This document shows, piece after piece, positions 18,335 to 28,036 of a stretch of DNA of 51,042 nucleotides. Both the position numbers and the translations under genes were made by a program. Each line of letters begins with the position of its first letter. Within the stretch, counting starts at the first letter, position 1. The notes below the pieces were generated by a model, which was given only the letters and a program-made list of their open reading frames with translations, was not told where the DNA came from and made no database searches. Origin of the DNA: Aquificaceae bacterium (GTDB taxonomy: Bacteria > Aquificota > Aquificia > Aquificales > Aquificaceae); NCBI GenBank assembly GCA_039630345.1, contig JBCNVD010000009.1, forward strand, positions 1-51,042. The letters are read 5' to 3'.

Positions 18335-19667
18335 AGCAAGAGTTTAACACCTTTTTAAAAACCACATAAAAAATAATCGCCCGAAGGGCGGTTTCTATGC
18401 TCATAAAAATCCAGGGGAGAATAGGGGTTTGGAAGGTTTCGATAAGTGCCATGGAGGGGATGATTCTAAATAGCCAGAAAGAGTTAAGGTTTACAAAGAG
18501 CGGAAGGTGGGTTTTGCCCATGCCTTTAAGTGAGCCTGATAGGACGCTTGCATATGCCATTGGTGCCTGAGATAGAGCCACTATTACGAGGTAGTAAATG
18601 GTGTAGCGAATGACCTCCGGGTCGCTGCTGAAAAAAGAGCTGATGGGTTTTGAGAATAAAATCAGTGGTATCGAAACAGCTGTCATAAGGGTTGCGCCAA
18701 GGTGGGCGCAGACCCAGACGCCGTGTTCCATGCCTTTTAAGTTTTTTGCGCCGAAGTTTTGACCGCTTATGGTGCTACTTGCTATCATCATCCCAAAGCC
18801 TATCATGAAAGACGCGCTCTCTACCCTGATGCCTATTTGGTGCGCTGCAAGAGCCTTATCCCCAAAGCTTGCAATCATCCCTACAAAGACATTAAAAGAC
18901 AGACTCGTTAGAGCTCTCTCTATGGCGCTTGGCGTTCCTATTTTGAAAATTTCTCCGAGGACTTTCAAAGACACTTCTGGCTCTATCCTGAAAGGCTTTG
19001 ATTTAAAAACGTAAAGCATCAGATACATTAAAAAGCCCGCAAGCTCTGAGATTGCAACGCCCCAGCCTGCGCCCGCAACGCCCATTTTATCAAATCCAAG
19101 TTTTCCATTAACCAGAGTGTAAGAGACCCCCAGGTTAATTACGCTCATAAGAGTAGCTACCTTGAAGGGCGTTGAGGTATCGCCAGCGCCATTGTAGGCG
19201 GCGTATATGGTGTTTACCACAAATCCTATAAGGATAAAGGTAAATATTGGCTTTAGATATTCTCCTGATAGGTTAAGAACTTCCTCAGAGCCACCGAGAA
19301 CTCCCATTAAAAACCTTAAAATCTCAGTGCCATAGATGGTTAAAGGCGTTGCAATCAGGGTTGATATCAAAAGCCCCCAAAGAAGGGCAGGCGATGGGTC
19401 TTTGTTTGCGCCTACTCTTTGTGCCACCAATACGCTCGTTCCCGTGTAAGAAAGAGCCATCAGAGAGTAGATAAACCAGAGCATACTGCCGGAGAATCCA
19501 ACCGCCGCAACCGCGCTTGGAGATATGCCAGAGACCATAAGGATTGAGATGGTGCTTTCGACAGTGTAAAGCAAATTAGAGGCAATTATTGGCGTTGCGA
19601 GTTTTAAAACTCTTTTTGAAGTTTTTAAAAACCCGTCCTGGGGGTTTATTATTATCTTTGTTGACAT
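18318..19667 (-). CDS. MATE family efflux transporter
   Basis: About 12 TM helices in two repeats, GAGDT..P, MGVAGAG, GQNFGAK. Confidence 0.92.
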   Translation of the reverse strand: MSTKIIINPQDGFLKTSKRVLKLATPIIASNLLYTVESTISILMVSGISPSAVAAVGFSGSMLWFIYSLMALSYTGTSVLVAQRVGANKDPSPALLWGLLISTLIATPLTIYGTEILRFLMGVLGGSEEVLNLSGEYLKPIFTFILIGFVVNTIYAAYNGAGDTSTPFKVATLMSVINLGVSYTLVNGKLGFDKMGVAGAGWGVAISELAGFLMYLMLYVFKSKPFRIEPEVSLKVLGEIFKIGTPSAIERALTSLSFNVFVGMIASFGDKALAAHQIGIRVESASFMIGFGMMIASSTISGQNFGAKNLKGMEHGVWVCAHLGATLMTAVSIPLILFSKPISSFFSSDPEVIRYTIYYLVIVALSQAPMAYASVLSGSLKGMGKTHLPLFVNLNSFWLFRIIPSMALIETFQTPILPWIFMSIETALRAIIFYVVFKKVLNSCYGSVR

Positions 19668-20407
19668 TCAAGCCAGCTTTTTATGTTTTTAAAAGCAGTT
19701 TCGTAACCTATTTTTACTATGTTGTTTGCGTCTTTTAACCCAAGCATTGAAAATTTACTCAGGTCTGGTTCAATTAAAACGTCGCAGTAGGTCTTTTTGA
19801 TATAATAAGTGTGTTTAAGTATAGCGTTAAAGCTCCTTATAAGCACGCTGAAGATGTTTGTGGCAGGTGTAGAGTCGCTTAACTTGGTGACATCAACGCA
19901 TATGCAGGGCTTTTTATCCATTAGAGGCTCCACAGGGAGATTGTTTACTATGCCTCCATCTACAAGTAGCATCTCGTTTATCTTTATAGGCTCAAAGATG
20001 CCGGGCAATGCAAAACTGCCCATCAAGGGTCTTATCAGCTCCCCACTTGAGAAGGTCACTACGCTAAGGGTTTTTAAATCCAGAGTGGTTATGTAGAGTC
20101 TTCCTTTTAGCTCTTCAAAAGAGCTCTTTTTGAGGGTTTGTCTAAGGTATTGCTCTATCTGTTTAGAACTTAAGAGACTCCTTAGGGGAAAAGAAGGACG
20201 AAAAAGTCTGCCCCAGTTGGTTTTATGTATCAGGTTTATCATCTCCTGAGGAGAGTAGCCCGCAAAGTAGTAGCTTCCTACTATGGCTCCTGCACTAACC
20301 CCGCTAATTGATTGTATTTTAAATCCAAGTTCCTCCAGAGCCATTAAAACGCCTATATGAGCAAAGCCCTTTGCAGCACCTCCTGAAAGCACCAGATTAA
20401 CTTCCAT
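19652..20407 (-). CDS. Patatin-like phospholipase
   Basis: LSGGAAKG, GVSAG (GxSxG), DGG. Confidence 0.92.
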   Translation of the reverse strand: MEVNLVLSGGAAKGFAHIGVLMALEELGFKIQSISGVSAGAIVGSYYFAGYSPQEMINLIHKTNWGRLFRPSFPLRSLLSSKQIEQYLRQTLKKSSFEELKGRLYITTLDLKTLSVVTFSSGELIRPLMGSFALPGIFEPIKINEMLLVDGGIVNNLPVEPLMDKKPCICVDVTKLSDSTPATNIFSVLIRSFNAILKHTYYIKKTYCDVLIEPDLSKFSMLGLKDANNIVKIGYETAFKNIKSWLECQQR

Positions 20408-20858
20408 TTAACAAAACCACGGCAAAGCACGCCATACCTTTTATGCAAAGTCCCTCGGAGGTTTTGCCTTTGAGCCCAACAAACTCTGTTTTTAAGAGCT
20501 CTTTCAGGTTTTTAACAATCAGCTCTCTATAGGGCATTATCTTTGGCCTATCGCCCACTAGCGTTATGTCAACGCTTAATAGCTTAAGACCTTTTTTGCT
20601 AACTCTTGAGAGTGCCTCCTTTAGAAATTCCTCTGAGCTTCTGTTTTTGTTAACTTCCAGCGTATCCGGAAATAAAGTGCCAAGGTCTGGCTCCTGAGCT
20701 GCGGATAGCAACGCATCGCAAAGAGCGTGCAGTATTAAATCCCCATCAGAGTGGGCTTTAAAGCCTGGTTCCTCAGGAATTTCAATTCCCCCCAGAAAGC
20801 AGGGTTTTTTAAAGTCAAACTCGTGAGAGTCAAAGCCAAACCCTATTCTCAGGTTCAT
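20397..20858 (-). CDS. ispF: 2-C-methyl-D-erythritol 2,4-cyclodiphosphate synthase
   Basis: RIGFGFDSH, HSDGD..LHALCDA, DLG..FP, KGKTSEG. Confidence 0.94.
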   Translation of the reverse strand: MNLRIGFGFDSHEFDFKKPCFLGGIEIPEEPGFKAHSDGDLILHALCDALLSAAQEPDLGTLFPDTLEVNKNRSSEEFLKEALSRVSKKGLKLLSVDITLVGDRPKIMPYRELIVKNLKELLKTEFVGLKGKTSEGLCIKGMACFAVVLLNGS

Positions 20859-20885
20859 AGTCCTTGATTTAAAATATTTTCTAAA

Positions 20886-21488
20886 ATGGCACAGTTTGTC
20901 AAAGAGTTAAGACCTCATATAGAGAGAGTATTTGACCCCCTGCTTGAGTTTCTTGAGCAAAGGGGCGTGAGCCCTAATTTTGTAACTGTTTGTGGCTTTA
21001 TTCTGGTCCTGGTTGGTTCTTTAATGCTTTATCTGGATATTGCTATTGTTGCGTTTGTTTTTTTGCTATTTGGCGCGCTAAGTGATGCAATTGATGGGGC
21101 GCTTGCAAGAAGACTAAAGAAGAGCTCTACCTTTGGTGCTTTTTTTGATTCTCTTTTTGATAGATTCTCTGACGCCGCACCGCTTATTGCTATAGCTTTA
21201 AGAGATCAGGGCAAGCTTTTAAGTGTAGTATGTATGCTTGCTATAGTTTTTTCTTTTAGCGTAAGCTACGCAAGAGCCAGAGCGGAGGGTCTTGGCTTTG
21301 ATCTAAAGAGTGGCATTTTTGAAAGAACAGAGAGATGGGTGGTGCTACTTTCAGGGATAGTTTTTTCTATATTTTATCAGGATGCTATTTTATGGTCGGT
21401 TAGTCTTTTGGCACTTGGTGGACTGATTACAACAGTCCAGAGAGTAATTTCCTTTAGAAACCTTTTAAAGAGCGGAGGACTGAGATGA
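20886..21488 (+). CDS. CDP-alcohol phosphatidyltransferase (phosphatidylinositol phosphate synthase-like)
   Basis: SPN.VT, DAIDGALAR...GAFFDS..DR.SD, SYARARAE, ERTER. Confidence 0.85.
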   Translation: MAQFVKELRPHIERVFDPLLEFLEQRGVSPNFVTVCGFILVLVGSLMLYLDIAIVAFVFLLFGALSDAIDGALARRLKKSSTFGAFFDSLFDRFSDAAPLIAIALRDQGKLLSVVCMLAIVFSFSVSYARARAEGLGFDLKSGIFERTERWVVLLSGIVFSIFYQDAILWSVSLLALGGLITTVQRVISFRNLLKSGGLR

Positions 21489-21919
21489 TACCTCAAGAGC
21501 TTTTTGAACTTATGCGTAAAACCGGGATATTTCCCGCAGTGCTTGCAACCAGAGATATGCAGCTCCAGCCACATTTAACATTTCTAACATGGATATATCC
21601 GCTCAGCGAAACAAACATTCGCCTTGCGGTGAGCTCAGGCTCTCAAAGCGCAAAAAACATGCTTGAAAACCAGTTTGCTGGTATTATTCTCTTTAGTCTC
21701 GATACTGCAATAAGTATTTACGGTTCTGTTAAACTTGTGCTTGAGCGCATAGAAGAGCTTAAATTCCCCGTTAGCGTTTTTGAATTAAGTATCGAGCGCA
21801 TTGAAGACAATCTCTTCCCGGGCGGAACTGTCCTTGGACCTATACCATTTGCACATACCGGTAATCTTCAAAAGGCTTCAGAGCTTGATCAGATAGTGAT
21901 TAAAGCCATGATGAGCTAA
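21485..21919 (+). CDS. Pyridoxamine 5'-phosphate oxidase-like (split-barrel) protein
   Basis: AVLAT...PH..F.TW, SAKNM.EN. Confidence 0.6.
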   Translation: MIPQELFELMRKTGIFPAVLATRDMQLQPHLTFLTWIYPLSETNIRLAVSSGSQSAKNMLENQFAGIILFSLDTAISIYGSVKLVLERIEELKFPVSVFELSIERIEDNLFPGGTVLGPIPFAHTGNLQKASELDQIVIKAMMS

Positions 21920-22669
21920 ATGGATAGTCTTATAAAGGTAAAAAACCTACACCTTAGCTTCGGAAGCAGGGTAATTTTAAAAAACATCAGCTTTGAAGTT
22001 CAAAGGGGGGAAGTTTTTACCATCCTAGGAGGTAGTGGCAGTGGAAAAACCACCATAACAAAGTGCATAGTTGGGCTTTTAAAACCCTCAGCAGGGGACA
22101 TAATCGTTTTTGGAAGGTCTATTCTATCTCTGTCTCCGATTGAACTTGACGAATATCGCAAAAAAGTTGGGTATTTGTTTCAAAATTCTGCACTTTTTGA
22201 TAGCCTGAGAGTGTGGGAAAATGTGGTTTTTTATCACCTTGAGCACTCTTCCTATTCTGCCAAGGAGCTAAAGTCCCTGGCTCTTGAAAAGCTAAGGATG
22301 GTAGGTCTAAATCAGGAGCATATGGACCTATTTCCTGCAGAACTCTCTGGAGGTATGAAAAAGCGTGTTGCCCTTGCAAGGGCACTTGCAACAAACCCAG
22401 AGCTCATCATCTACGACGAGCCAACATCTGGGCTTGACCCAATTAATAGCAGACTCATTGACGAGCTTATTCTCTCAACCAGAGAGCGCACTATGGCTAC
22501 TTCGATAGTTGTGACTCACGATATGGTTTCTGCACTCTCTATATCCGACAGGATTATGGTTTTAAAAGATGGGGAGATTATGCAAATAGGGACTCCTTCT
22601 GAGGTATTTTCCTCTTCCATAGAATGGGTTAGAAAGTTTGTCAGTATGGGATTAAAGGATGGACTCTAG
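21920..22669 (+). CDS. ABC ATP-binding protein, MlaF/Mkl-like
   Basis: GGSGSGKT, LFQ.SALFDSL, ELSGGMKKRVALARA, YDEPTSGLDP. Confidence 0.88.
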   Translation: MDSLIKVKNLHLSFGSRVILKNISFEVQRGEVFTILGGSGSGKTTITKCIVGLLKPSAGDIIVFGRSILSLSPIELDEYRKKVGYLFQNSALFDSLRVWENVVFYHLEHSSYSAKELKSLALEKLRMVGLNQEHMDLFPAELSGGMKKRVALARALATNPELIIYDEPTSGLDPINSRLIDELILSTRERTMATSIVVTHDMVSALSISDRIMVLKDGEIMQIGTPSEVFSSSIEWVRKFVSMGLKDGL

Positions 22670-24200
22670 AGCAAAAATTCGCCCCGCAGTTATTTTAAAC
22701 TTTGGCTCACAGTATACCCAGCTTATTGCAAGAAGACTCAGAGAACTTGGGTATTTTAGTCTCATAAAACCGCCTGATATAAGCCCTGATGAAATAAGGG
22801 CTCTTGACCCAAGCTGCATTATTCTTTCGGGCGGTCCTGCGTCTGTTTTTTCTGAGGATGCTAAACTTCCAGATAAGAGTATATATAGTCTCGGAGTTGG
22901 GATTCTTGGCATTTGCTACGGTCTTCAGGTAATAGCATATCAGCTTGGCGGAAGGGTCTTAAGAGCAAATGCCCAGGAGTTTGGCAGGGCAACACTTGAG
23001 ATAAAAAAACATCATCCGGTTTTTGAAGGGCTTTCTAAAGAATTTGAAGTCTGGATGAGCCACTCAGACTATGTTGAGTCTTTGCCCTCTGAGTTTGAGC
23101 AAATTGCAAGCACATCAAACTCTCCCAACGCTGTAATTGCCCACAAAGACTTACCCATAGTTGGACTGCAATTTCATCCAGAGGTCAGCCACACCCAGAA
23201 TGGTCAGGCGATTTTGAAAAACTTTATGCTAAATCTTTGCCGCATAGGTCCAAACTGGGAAGTAGAAGATTTTGTCAAAGTTGCAAAAGCGGAGATTGAA
23301 AAGGTCGCAAAAGACAAAAAGGTCATCTGTGCGCTATCAGGCGGTGTTGATTCAACTGTTGGCGCAGTGCTGACAAAGCAATTAATCAATGAGCGTCTTA
23401 GGTGTGTCTTTATCGACAATGGCTTTTTAAGAGAGGGAGAGGTCAGGGAGGTGGTAGAGAGCCTTAAACTTGCCGGCATTTCCCCAAAGGTAGTGGACGC
23501 TTCAGAGGAGTTTTTAAAGGCTCTTGAGGGAGTTGAAGACCCGGAACAGAAGCGCTTGAGAGTTGGCACGGTGTTTGCCAGGGTTTTAAAACAGGAGGCA
23601 GATTCTTTTGGCGCTGAGGTTTTGTTGCAGGGGACTTTGTATCCGGATGTTGTAGAGAGCGCTCACATAAGAGGAGCTCAGGTAATAAAAACCCATCACA
23701 ATGTCGGGGGTCTTCCTAAAGATTTGGGTCTTGAGCTTCTTGAGCCTTTCAGAGAGCTCTTTAAAGATGAAGTCAGAGCCATAGGCAGGCTCATAGGGGT
23801 TCCTGAAGAGATACTGAATCGTCATCCTTTCCCGGGTCCTGGACTCTCTATAAGGGTAGTCGGTCCAGTTGACCTGGAGAGTCTTAATATGCTTAGAAAA
23901 GCAGATAAGATCCTGATCGACGAGCTTAAATCTTCTGGACTATATGGAAGAGTCTGGCAGGCTTTTTGCGTACTTCTTCCTGTAAGGACTGTTGGCGTAA
24001 TGGGTGATAGGAGAACTTACGAGCGCGCAGTTGCCATAAGGGCGGTAGAGAGCGTAGATGGAATGACCGCAGACTGGGCAAGACTCCCTTACGAGTTTCT
24101 TGACAAAGTTGCAAGGAGGATAGTTTCAGAGGTGCGAGGCATAAACAGGGTGGTTTACGATATATCTTCCAAGCCCCCCTCGACCATAGAGTGGGAATAG
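22659..24200 (+). CDS. guaA: GMP synthase (glutamine-hydrolysing)
   Basis: FGSQYTQLIARR, GICYG, QFHPEV, SGGVDS, IKTHHNVGG, SKPPSTIEWE. Confidence 0.97.
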   Translation: MDSRAKIRPAVILNFGSQYTQLIARRLRELGYFSLIKPPDISPDEIRALDPSCIILSGGPASVFSEDAKLPDKSIYSLGVGILGICYGLQVIAYQLGGRVLRANAQEFGRATLEIKKHHPVFEGLSKEFEVWMSHSDYVESLPSEFEQIASTSNSPNAVIAHKDLPIVGLQFHPEVSHTQNGQAILKNFMLNLCRIGPNWEVEDFVKVAKAEIEKVAKDKKVICALSGGVDSTVGAVLTKQLINERLRCVFIDNGFLREGEVREVVESLKLAGISPKVVDASEEFLKALEGVEDPEQKRLRVGTVFARVLKQEADSFGAEVLLQGTLYPDVVESAHIRGAQVIKTHHNVGGLPKDLGLELLEPFRELFKDEVRAIGRLIGVPEEILNRHPFPGPGLSIRVVGPVDLESLNMLRKADKILIDELKSSGLYGRVWQAFCVLLPVRTVGVMGDRRTYERAVAIRAVESVDGMTADWARLPYEFLDKVARRIVSEVRGINRVVYDISSKPPSTIEWE

Positions 24201-25429
24201 CTCTCAGCCAGAGCTTTGAATTTTTCGCCTCTTTCTCTGTAGCTTTTAAACATATCAAAAGAGGCGCACCCGGGAGAGAATAAAACCTGGCACTCTTTGC
24301 CACATGATAGGGCGAGTTTTATAGCTTTTTTAGTGGCTTCTTCCAAAGTGTCGCAAAGCTCCAAGTTATTGAAAGAGAGCTCGGTTGCTATCTCCTCTTT
24401 GGATTCTCCTATTAAAAAGCAGGCTATTAGCTTTCTCTTTACAAGGGTTTTTAGCTCTTTAAAGGAAAGACCCTTGTTTTTGCCACCTGCTATCAGGATA
24501 ACGCTTTTGTCTTCAAAGCATTCAAGTGCCGCTTTTAGAGCGTTTGGCGTTGTTGACTTTGAGTCGTTAAAGATTTTAACATTTTTAATCTCTTTAACTA
24601 GCTCGAGTCTATGCTCAAGACCTGTAAAACTTTCAAGAACTTCTTTTATTACTGTGGTTTCTACGCCGAAGAGCTTTGCCATTGCACCTGCAAAGAGTGC
24701 GTTGATGGCGTTATGTTTGCATTTGAGTTTTAAATTCTCAAATAGAGTTTCGCCAAAGAAAATTCCCCTTTTGCCCTCTAGCTTTCCATCTTGAGGTATA
24801 AAAAACTTTTTACCTGCGCCGAAGGCGCGCTTTATTCTATTGTCTATTCCATTGAGTAGAAGAAAGTCCTCTTCGGTCTGGTTAAGAAAAATTCTGTGCT
24901 TGCTATAAAGATAGTCCCAGATATCCTCGTGCCAGTCTAGGTGGTCTGGTGAGAAGTTTAAAAAAGCCCCCACTTTTGGCCTGAAGGTCTTTAGGCTTCT
25001 TCCCTGAAATGAAGAGACCTCAAGAACCGCTATCGCTTCAGGGTCTTTAAGCACTATCCTTGAGAACGCAAGTCCTGCATTGCCCCCTTCAAAGACCTTG
25101 TCGCCATAGACCCTTTTGAGGATAAGGTATAGCATTCTTGTGGTTGTGGACTTTCCGTCAGTGCCTGTAATTGCAAGAGCTGTTCCTCTAAAGAACCTCC
25201 ATGCGAGCTCTAGCTCTCCTATGGTTTCTATCTCAAGGTCTTTTGCAAGTTTTATTATTTTGTGCCTTGGCGAGATGCCGGGCGATAGCACAAGAAGGTC
25301 CATGCCCTTTAGAGCTTCTTCTGGCTCTAAATCGCCGTCTTTTGCCCCAAGGACCTGATATCCTCTGGCTTTAAGCAGCTCAATAGCCCCCTGACCGCTC
25401 TCTCCAAGCCCCCAAACAAGCGCTTTCAT
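24155..25429 (-). CDS. murD: UDP-N-acetylmuramoyl-L-alanine--D-glutamate ligase
   Basis: SPGI, ITGTDGKSTTT, LEVSSFQ, DHLDWH, NDSKST, SPGCASFDMF. Confidence 0.95.
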   Translation of the reverse strand: MKALVWGLGESGQGAIELLKARGYQVLGAKDGDLEPEEALKGMDLLVLSPGISPRHKIIKLAKDLEIETIGELELAWRFFRGTALAITGTDGKSTTTRMLYLILKRVYGDKVFEGGNAGLAFSRIVLKDPEAIAVLEVSSFQGRSLKTFRPKVGAFLNFSPDHLDWHEDIWDYLYSKHRIFLNQTEEDFLLLNGIDNRIKRAFGAGKKFFIPQDGKLEGKRGIFFGETLFENLKLKCKHNAINALFAGAMAKLFGVETTVIKEVLESFTGLEHRLELVKEIKNVKIFNDSKSTTPNALKAALECFEDKSVILIAGGKNKGLSFKELKTLVKRKLIACFLIGESKEEIATELSFNNLELCDTLEEATKKAIKLALSCGKECQVLFSPGCASFDMFKSYRERGEKFKALAESYSHSMVEGGLEDIS

Positions 25430-26433
25430 TCTAAAAATTTAAAAACTTCTAAAATGTAGCACTCTTTGACGCTACTTGCAATGTCTTTTATATGGATTCT
25501 TTCCTGAGGGTTTTTCAGGAGGTTTTTGAGGATAAATTCAAGGTCTTTTACATCCATGGCTCTATATCCAAGCCCCATCTCAAGCGATGTCTCTACCATG
25601 TCTTTGATTTTATGAGTATAAGGTCCAAATATCACTGGCTTTTTAAAAAACATAGCTTCTGCGATGTTATGCCCGCCTATTTTTACAAATGTTCCTCCCA
25701 TGACTATGGCGTTTGCATATTTGTAGATGCCAAAGAGCTCTCCGAGAGTGTCTAGAATCAAAACCCTCCAGGTATTTGAATTTTCGCTCCTTTTTTTTGC
25801 GCCAAGGTCTTTAAAAATTTCCAAAACCCTGTCTGCACGCTTTATGTGCCTTGGGGCAACGATGAGCTTTAAATCCTCAAACTCTTTTAGAAGCTCTCTA
25901 AAGACATGCTTTATCAAAACTTCCTCACCTTCGTGAGAACTTCCAAGAACTATTAGCCTTCCTTCAAGTTTGAGTTTTAAATCCTTTGGCTCTTTTAAAA
26001 CCCACTTTGGATTTCCACAGCATCTTGCCCTTATGCCAGCTTTTGACATCAGCTCCGCGTCTTTTTGCGTCCTTGTAAGAACCAGCTCAAAGTCTTTGCC
26101 TATCCACCTTTCCAAAAACCCACCTCTTGAGTAGGCGCCTATCCATATTTTTCTAGACCTTATTAGCTTGAAAGGTGGCCAGAGCTCTCTCTCAACCAGA
26201 AAAAAGGCTCTTGGCTTTATGAGATTCTCAAGACTTTTTATCCCCCATGGCGTTAAGGGCACTCTTTGCACAAATTTTAAGTTTGAATTTATTAAATAAT
26301 CTCTCGCCCTTGGCGAGAAGTAAGTTAAAACCACCTCAAAGTGTTTCTCTAGCTCATCTATAAGCCACCTTACTGAATTAAATTCCCCTACACTTGCAAC
26401 ATGCATCCAGATTTTATCTCTCTCTCTTTCCAC
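25426..26433 (-). CDS. waaA: Kdo transferase
   Basis: WMHVASVGE, ERELWP, SSHEGEE, APRH, DTLGEL, GGHN. Confidence 0.92.
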   Translation of the reverse strand: MERERDKIWMHVASVGEFNSVRWLIDELEKHFEVVLTYFSPRARDYLINSNLKFVQRVPLTPWGIKSLENLIKPRAFFLVERELWPPFKLIRSRKIWIGAYSRGGFLERWIGKDFELVLTRTQKDAELMSKAGIRARCCGNPKWVLKEPKDLKLKLEGRLIVLGSSHEGEEVLIKHVFRELLKEFEDLKLIVAPRHIKRADRVLEIFKDLGAKKRSENSNTWRVLILDTLGELFGIYKYANAIVMGGTFVKIGGHNIAEAMFFKKPVIFGPYTHKIKDMVETSLEMGLGYRAMDVKDLEFILKNLLKNPQERIHIKDIASSVKECYILEVFKFLE

Positions 26434-27511
26434 TTATAAAATCTTCCACCATCTTTCTTGCAAGCCAGTCAGGGTATTGCTCTGGCGGATGCTTCATAGT
26501 ATAGGCACTTATTGAAATAAGAGGCCCTGATATTCCTCTATCAAGCGCCAGAGCACAACACCTTATTGCATCTATTGCAGACCCGGCACTGTTTGGCGAA
26601 TCTTCAACTTCCAGCCTTAGCTCTAAAGAGATACTTACGTCCCCAAAAATCCTGCCCTCTAGTCTTATATAGGCTATTTTCCTATCTAATAGCCAGCTTA
26701 CATAGTCCGAAGGGCCTATGTGGACATTTTCCTCCTGGATATTTTTTGCAATCGATGTAACCGCCTTTGTTTTGGAAATTTTTTTGGTCTTTAATCTGTC
26801 TCTTTTTAGCATATTCAGAAAGTCTGTGTTTCCGCCAAAGTTTAGCTGGTAGGTTCTATCTATTTTTACTCCTCTTTGACTAAAGAGCTCTGCAAGAGCT
26901 CTATGCACTATAGTCGCTCCAATTTGCGACTTTATGTCATCTCCGACTGCGGGTATACCTCTTGATGTAAACTCCCTTGCCCATTTTTCGTCAGAGACGA
27001 TGATGGTAGGCATTGCATTTACAAAAGCAACGCCTGCTTCAATGCAGGCTCTTGCATAAAACCTTGCAGCCTCTTCTGAACCGACAGGGACATAATTTAT
27101 CAAAACCTGAGCCCCGGTTTCTTTTAAGACCCTTACCACATCTTCAAGCTCGTCTTCTTTGCTCTTTGAAATCACAAACCTCTTATTCTGTGGGTATTCT
27201 TGCATGTGCGGGGCAAACCCGTCCAGAATTTTGCCCATCCTTACCTTTACGCCCGTTTTTTTAATATCTGGCTCAAAAACTGCAGTGCAATTTGGCTCCT
27301 GGAATATTGCCTCTGATAGGTCTTTACCTACCTTTCTCTCGTCTATGTCCCAGGCGGCAACGGGCTCTATGTCCCAGGGCTTATATCCTCCTATATCTTC
27401 AAACATAAGCCCGGATAGACTCTCCTTTCTCTTTGCGTAGTAAAAAATGCCCTGAATGAGACTACTTGCGCAGTTCCCAACACCAGCCAGCGCTAGCCTT
27501 ATTTTTTCCAT
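26414..27511 (-). CDS. ino1: myo-inositol-1-phosphate synthase
   Basis: GVGNCASS, GDDIKSQ.GAT, QLNFGGNTDFLNM, EDSPNSAG. Confidence 0.95.
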   Translation of the reverse strand: MEKIRLALAGVGNCASSLIQGIFYYAKRKESLSGLMFEDIGGYKPWDIEPVAAWDIDERKVGKDLSEAIFQEPNCTAVFEPDIKKTGVKVRMGKILDGFAPHMQEYPQNKRFVISKSKEDELEDVVRVLKETGAQVLINYVPVGSEEAARFYARACIEAGVAFVNAMPTIIVSDEKWAREFTSRGIPAVGDDIKSQIGATIVHRALAELFSQRGVKIDRTYQLNFGGNTDFLNMLKRDRLKTKKISKTKAVTSIAKNIQEENVHIGPSDYVSWLLDRKIAYIRLEGRIFGDVSISLELRLEVEDSPNSAGSAIDAIRCCALALDRGISGPLISISAYTMKHPPEQYPDWLARKMVEDFISGKRER

Positions 27512-27550
27512 TCTATACCTCCAGAAGAACCTCTATAATATCGCAATAGC

Positions 27551-28021
27551 ATGAAAGCTTTGCTTTTACTTCCCAGAGAGCTTAATATAACAAGTATTTC
27601 CGAAAAGCTTGCGCCAGTTGAGCGCCTGCTTGGAAGGGATAGTCTTTATGCCGTTATAACTTCTGATAGGAAGCACATTATAGATTCATTCCCGGAGCTT
27701 ATCTATATCCTCAATGAAACAGGTAATCTGCTTTATGGTATTTACAAAGGTCTTAAAAAGCTAAGAGGTAACGATGTGTTTGTAGCAGACATCGGTTTCG
27801 AGCACTCTATAGATACCATAAAACAATTCCTAAGGGCAAGAAGACAGAACCTGCTCCATGCCGTTAATGGAGGCTGGCGAGGTCTTGCGCTTCTGAGGCT
27901 CATAGACCTCGATTATGTAATAAGAACTCTTGAGAGCTCCCTTGACAATACAACTCAGGATTTTGCCCAGATAATACAATTCGCCAGAGCAGAATACGGC
28001 ATAGAATATGATTTAGTTTAA
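27551..28021 (+). CDS. Hypothetical protein, possibly degenerate nucleotidyltransferase (MobA-like) fold
   Basis: GNLLYGIYKGL...DVFVAD segment; no Gly-rich N-terminal loop. Confidence 0.5.
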   Translation: MKALLLLPRELNITSISEKLAPVERLLGRDSLYAVITSDRKHIIDSFPELIYILNETGNLLYGIYKGLKKLRGNDVFVADIGFEHSIDTIKQFLRARRQNLLHAVNGGWRGLALLRLIDLDYVIRTLESSLDNTTQDFAQIIQFARAEYGIEYDLV

Positions 28022-28036
28022 GGAGGAGAGTTTGAT

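Noticed and set aside
25426..26433. waaA as an N-terminally truncated pseudogene
   Set aside because: Catalytic motifs intact; Aquifex-type WaaA also lacks the N-terminal membrane anchor
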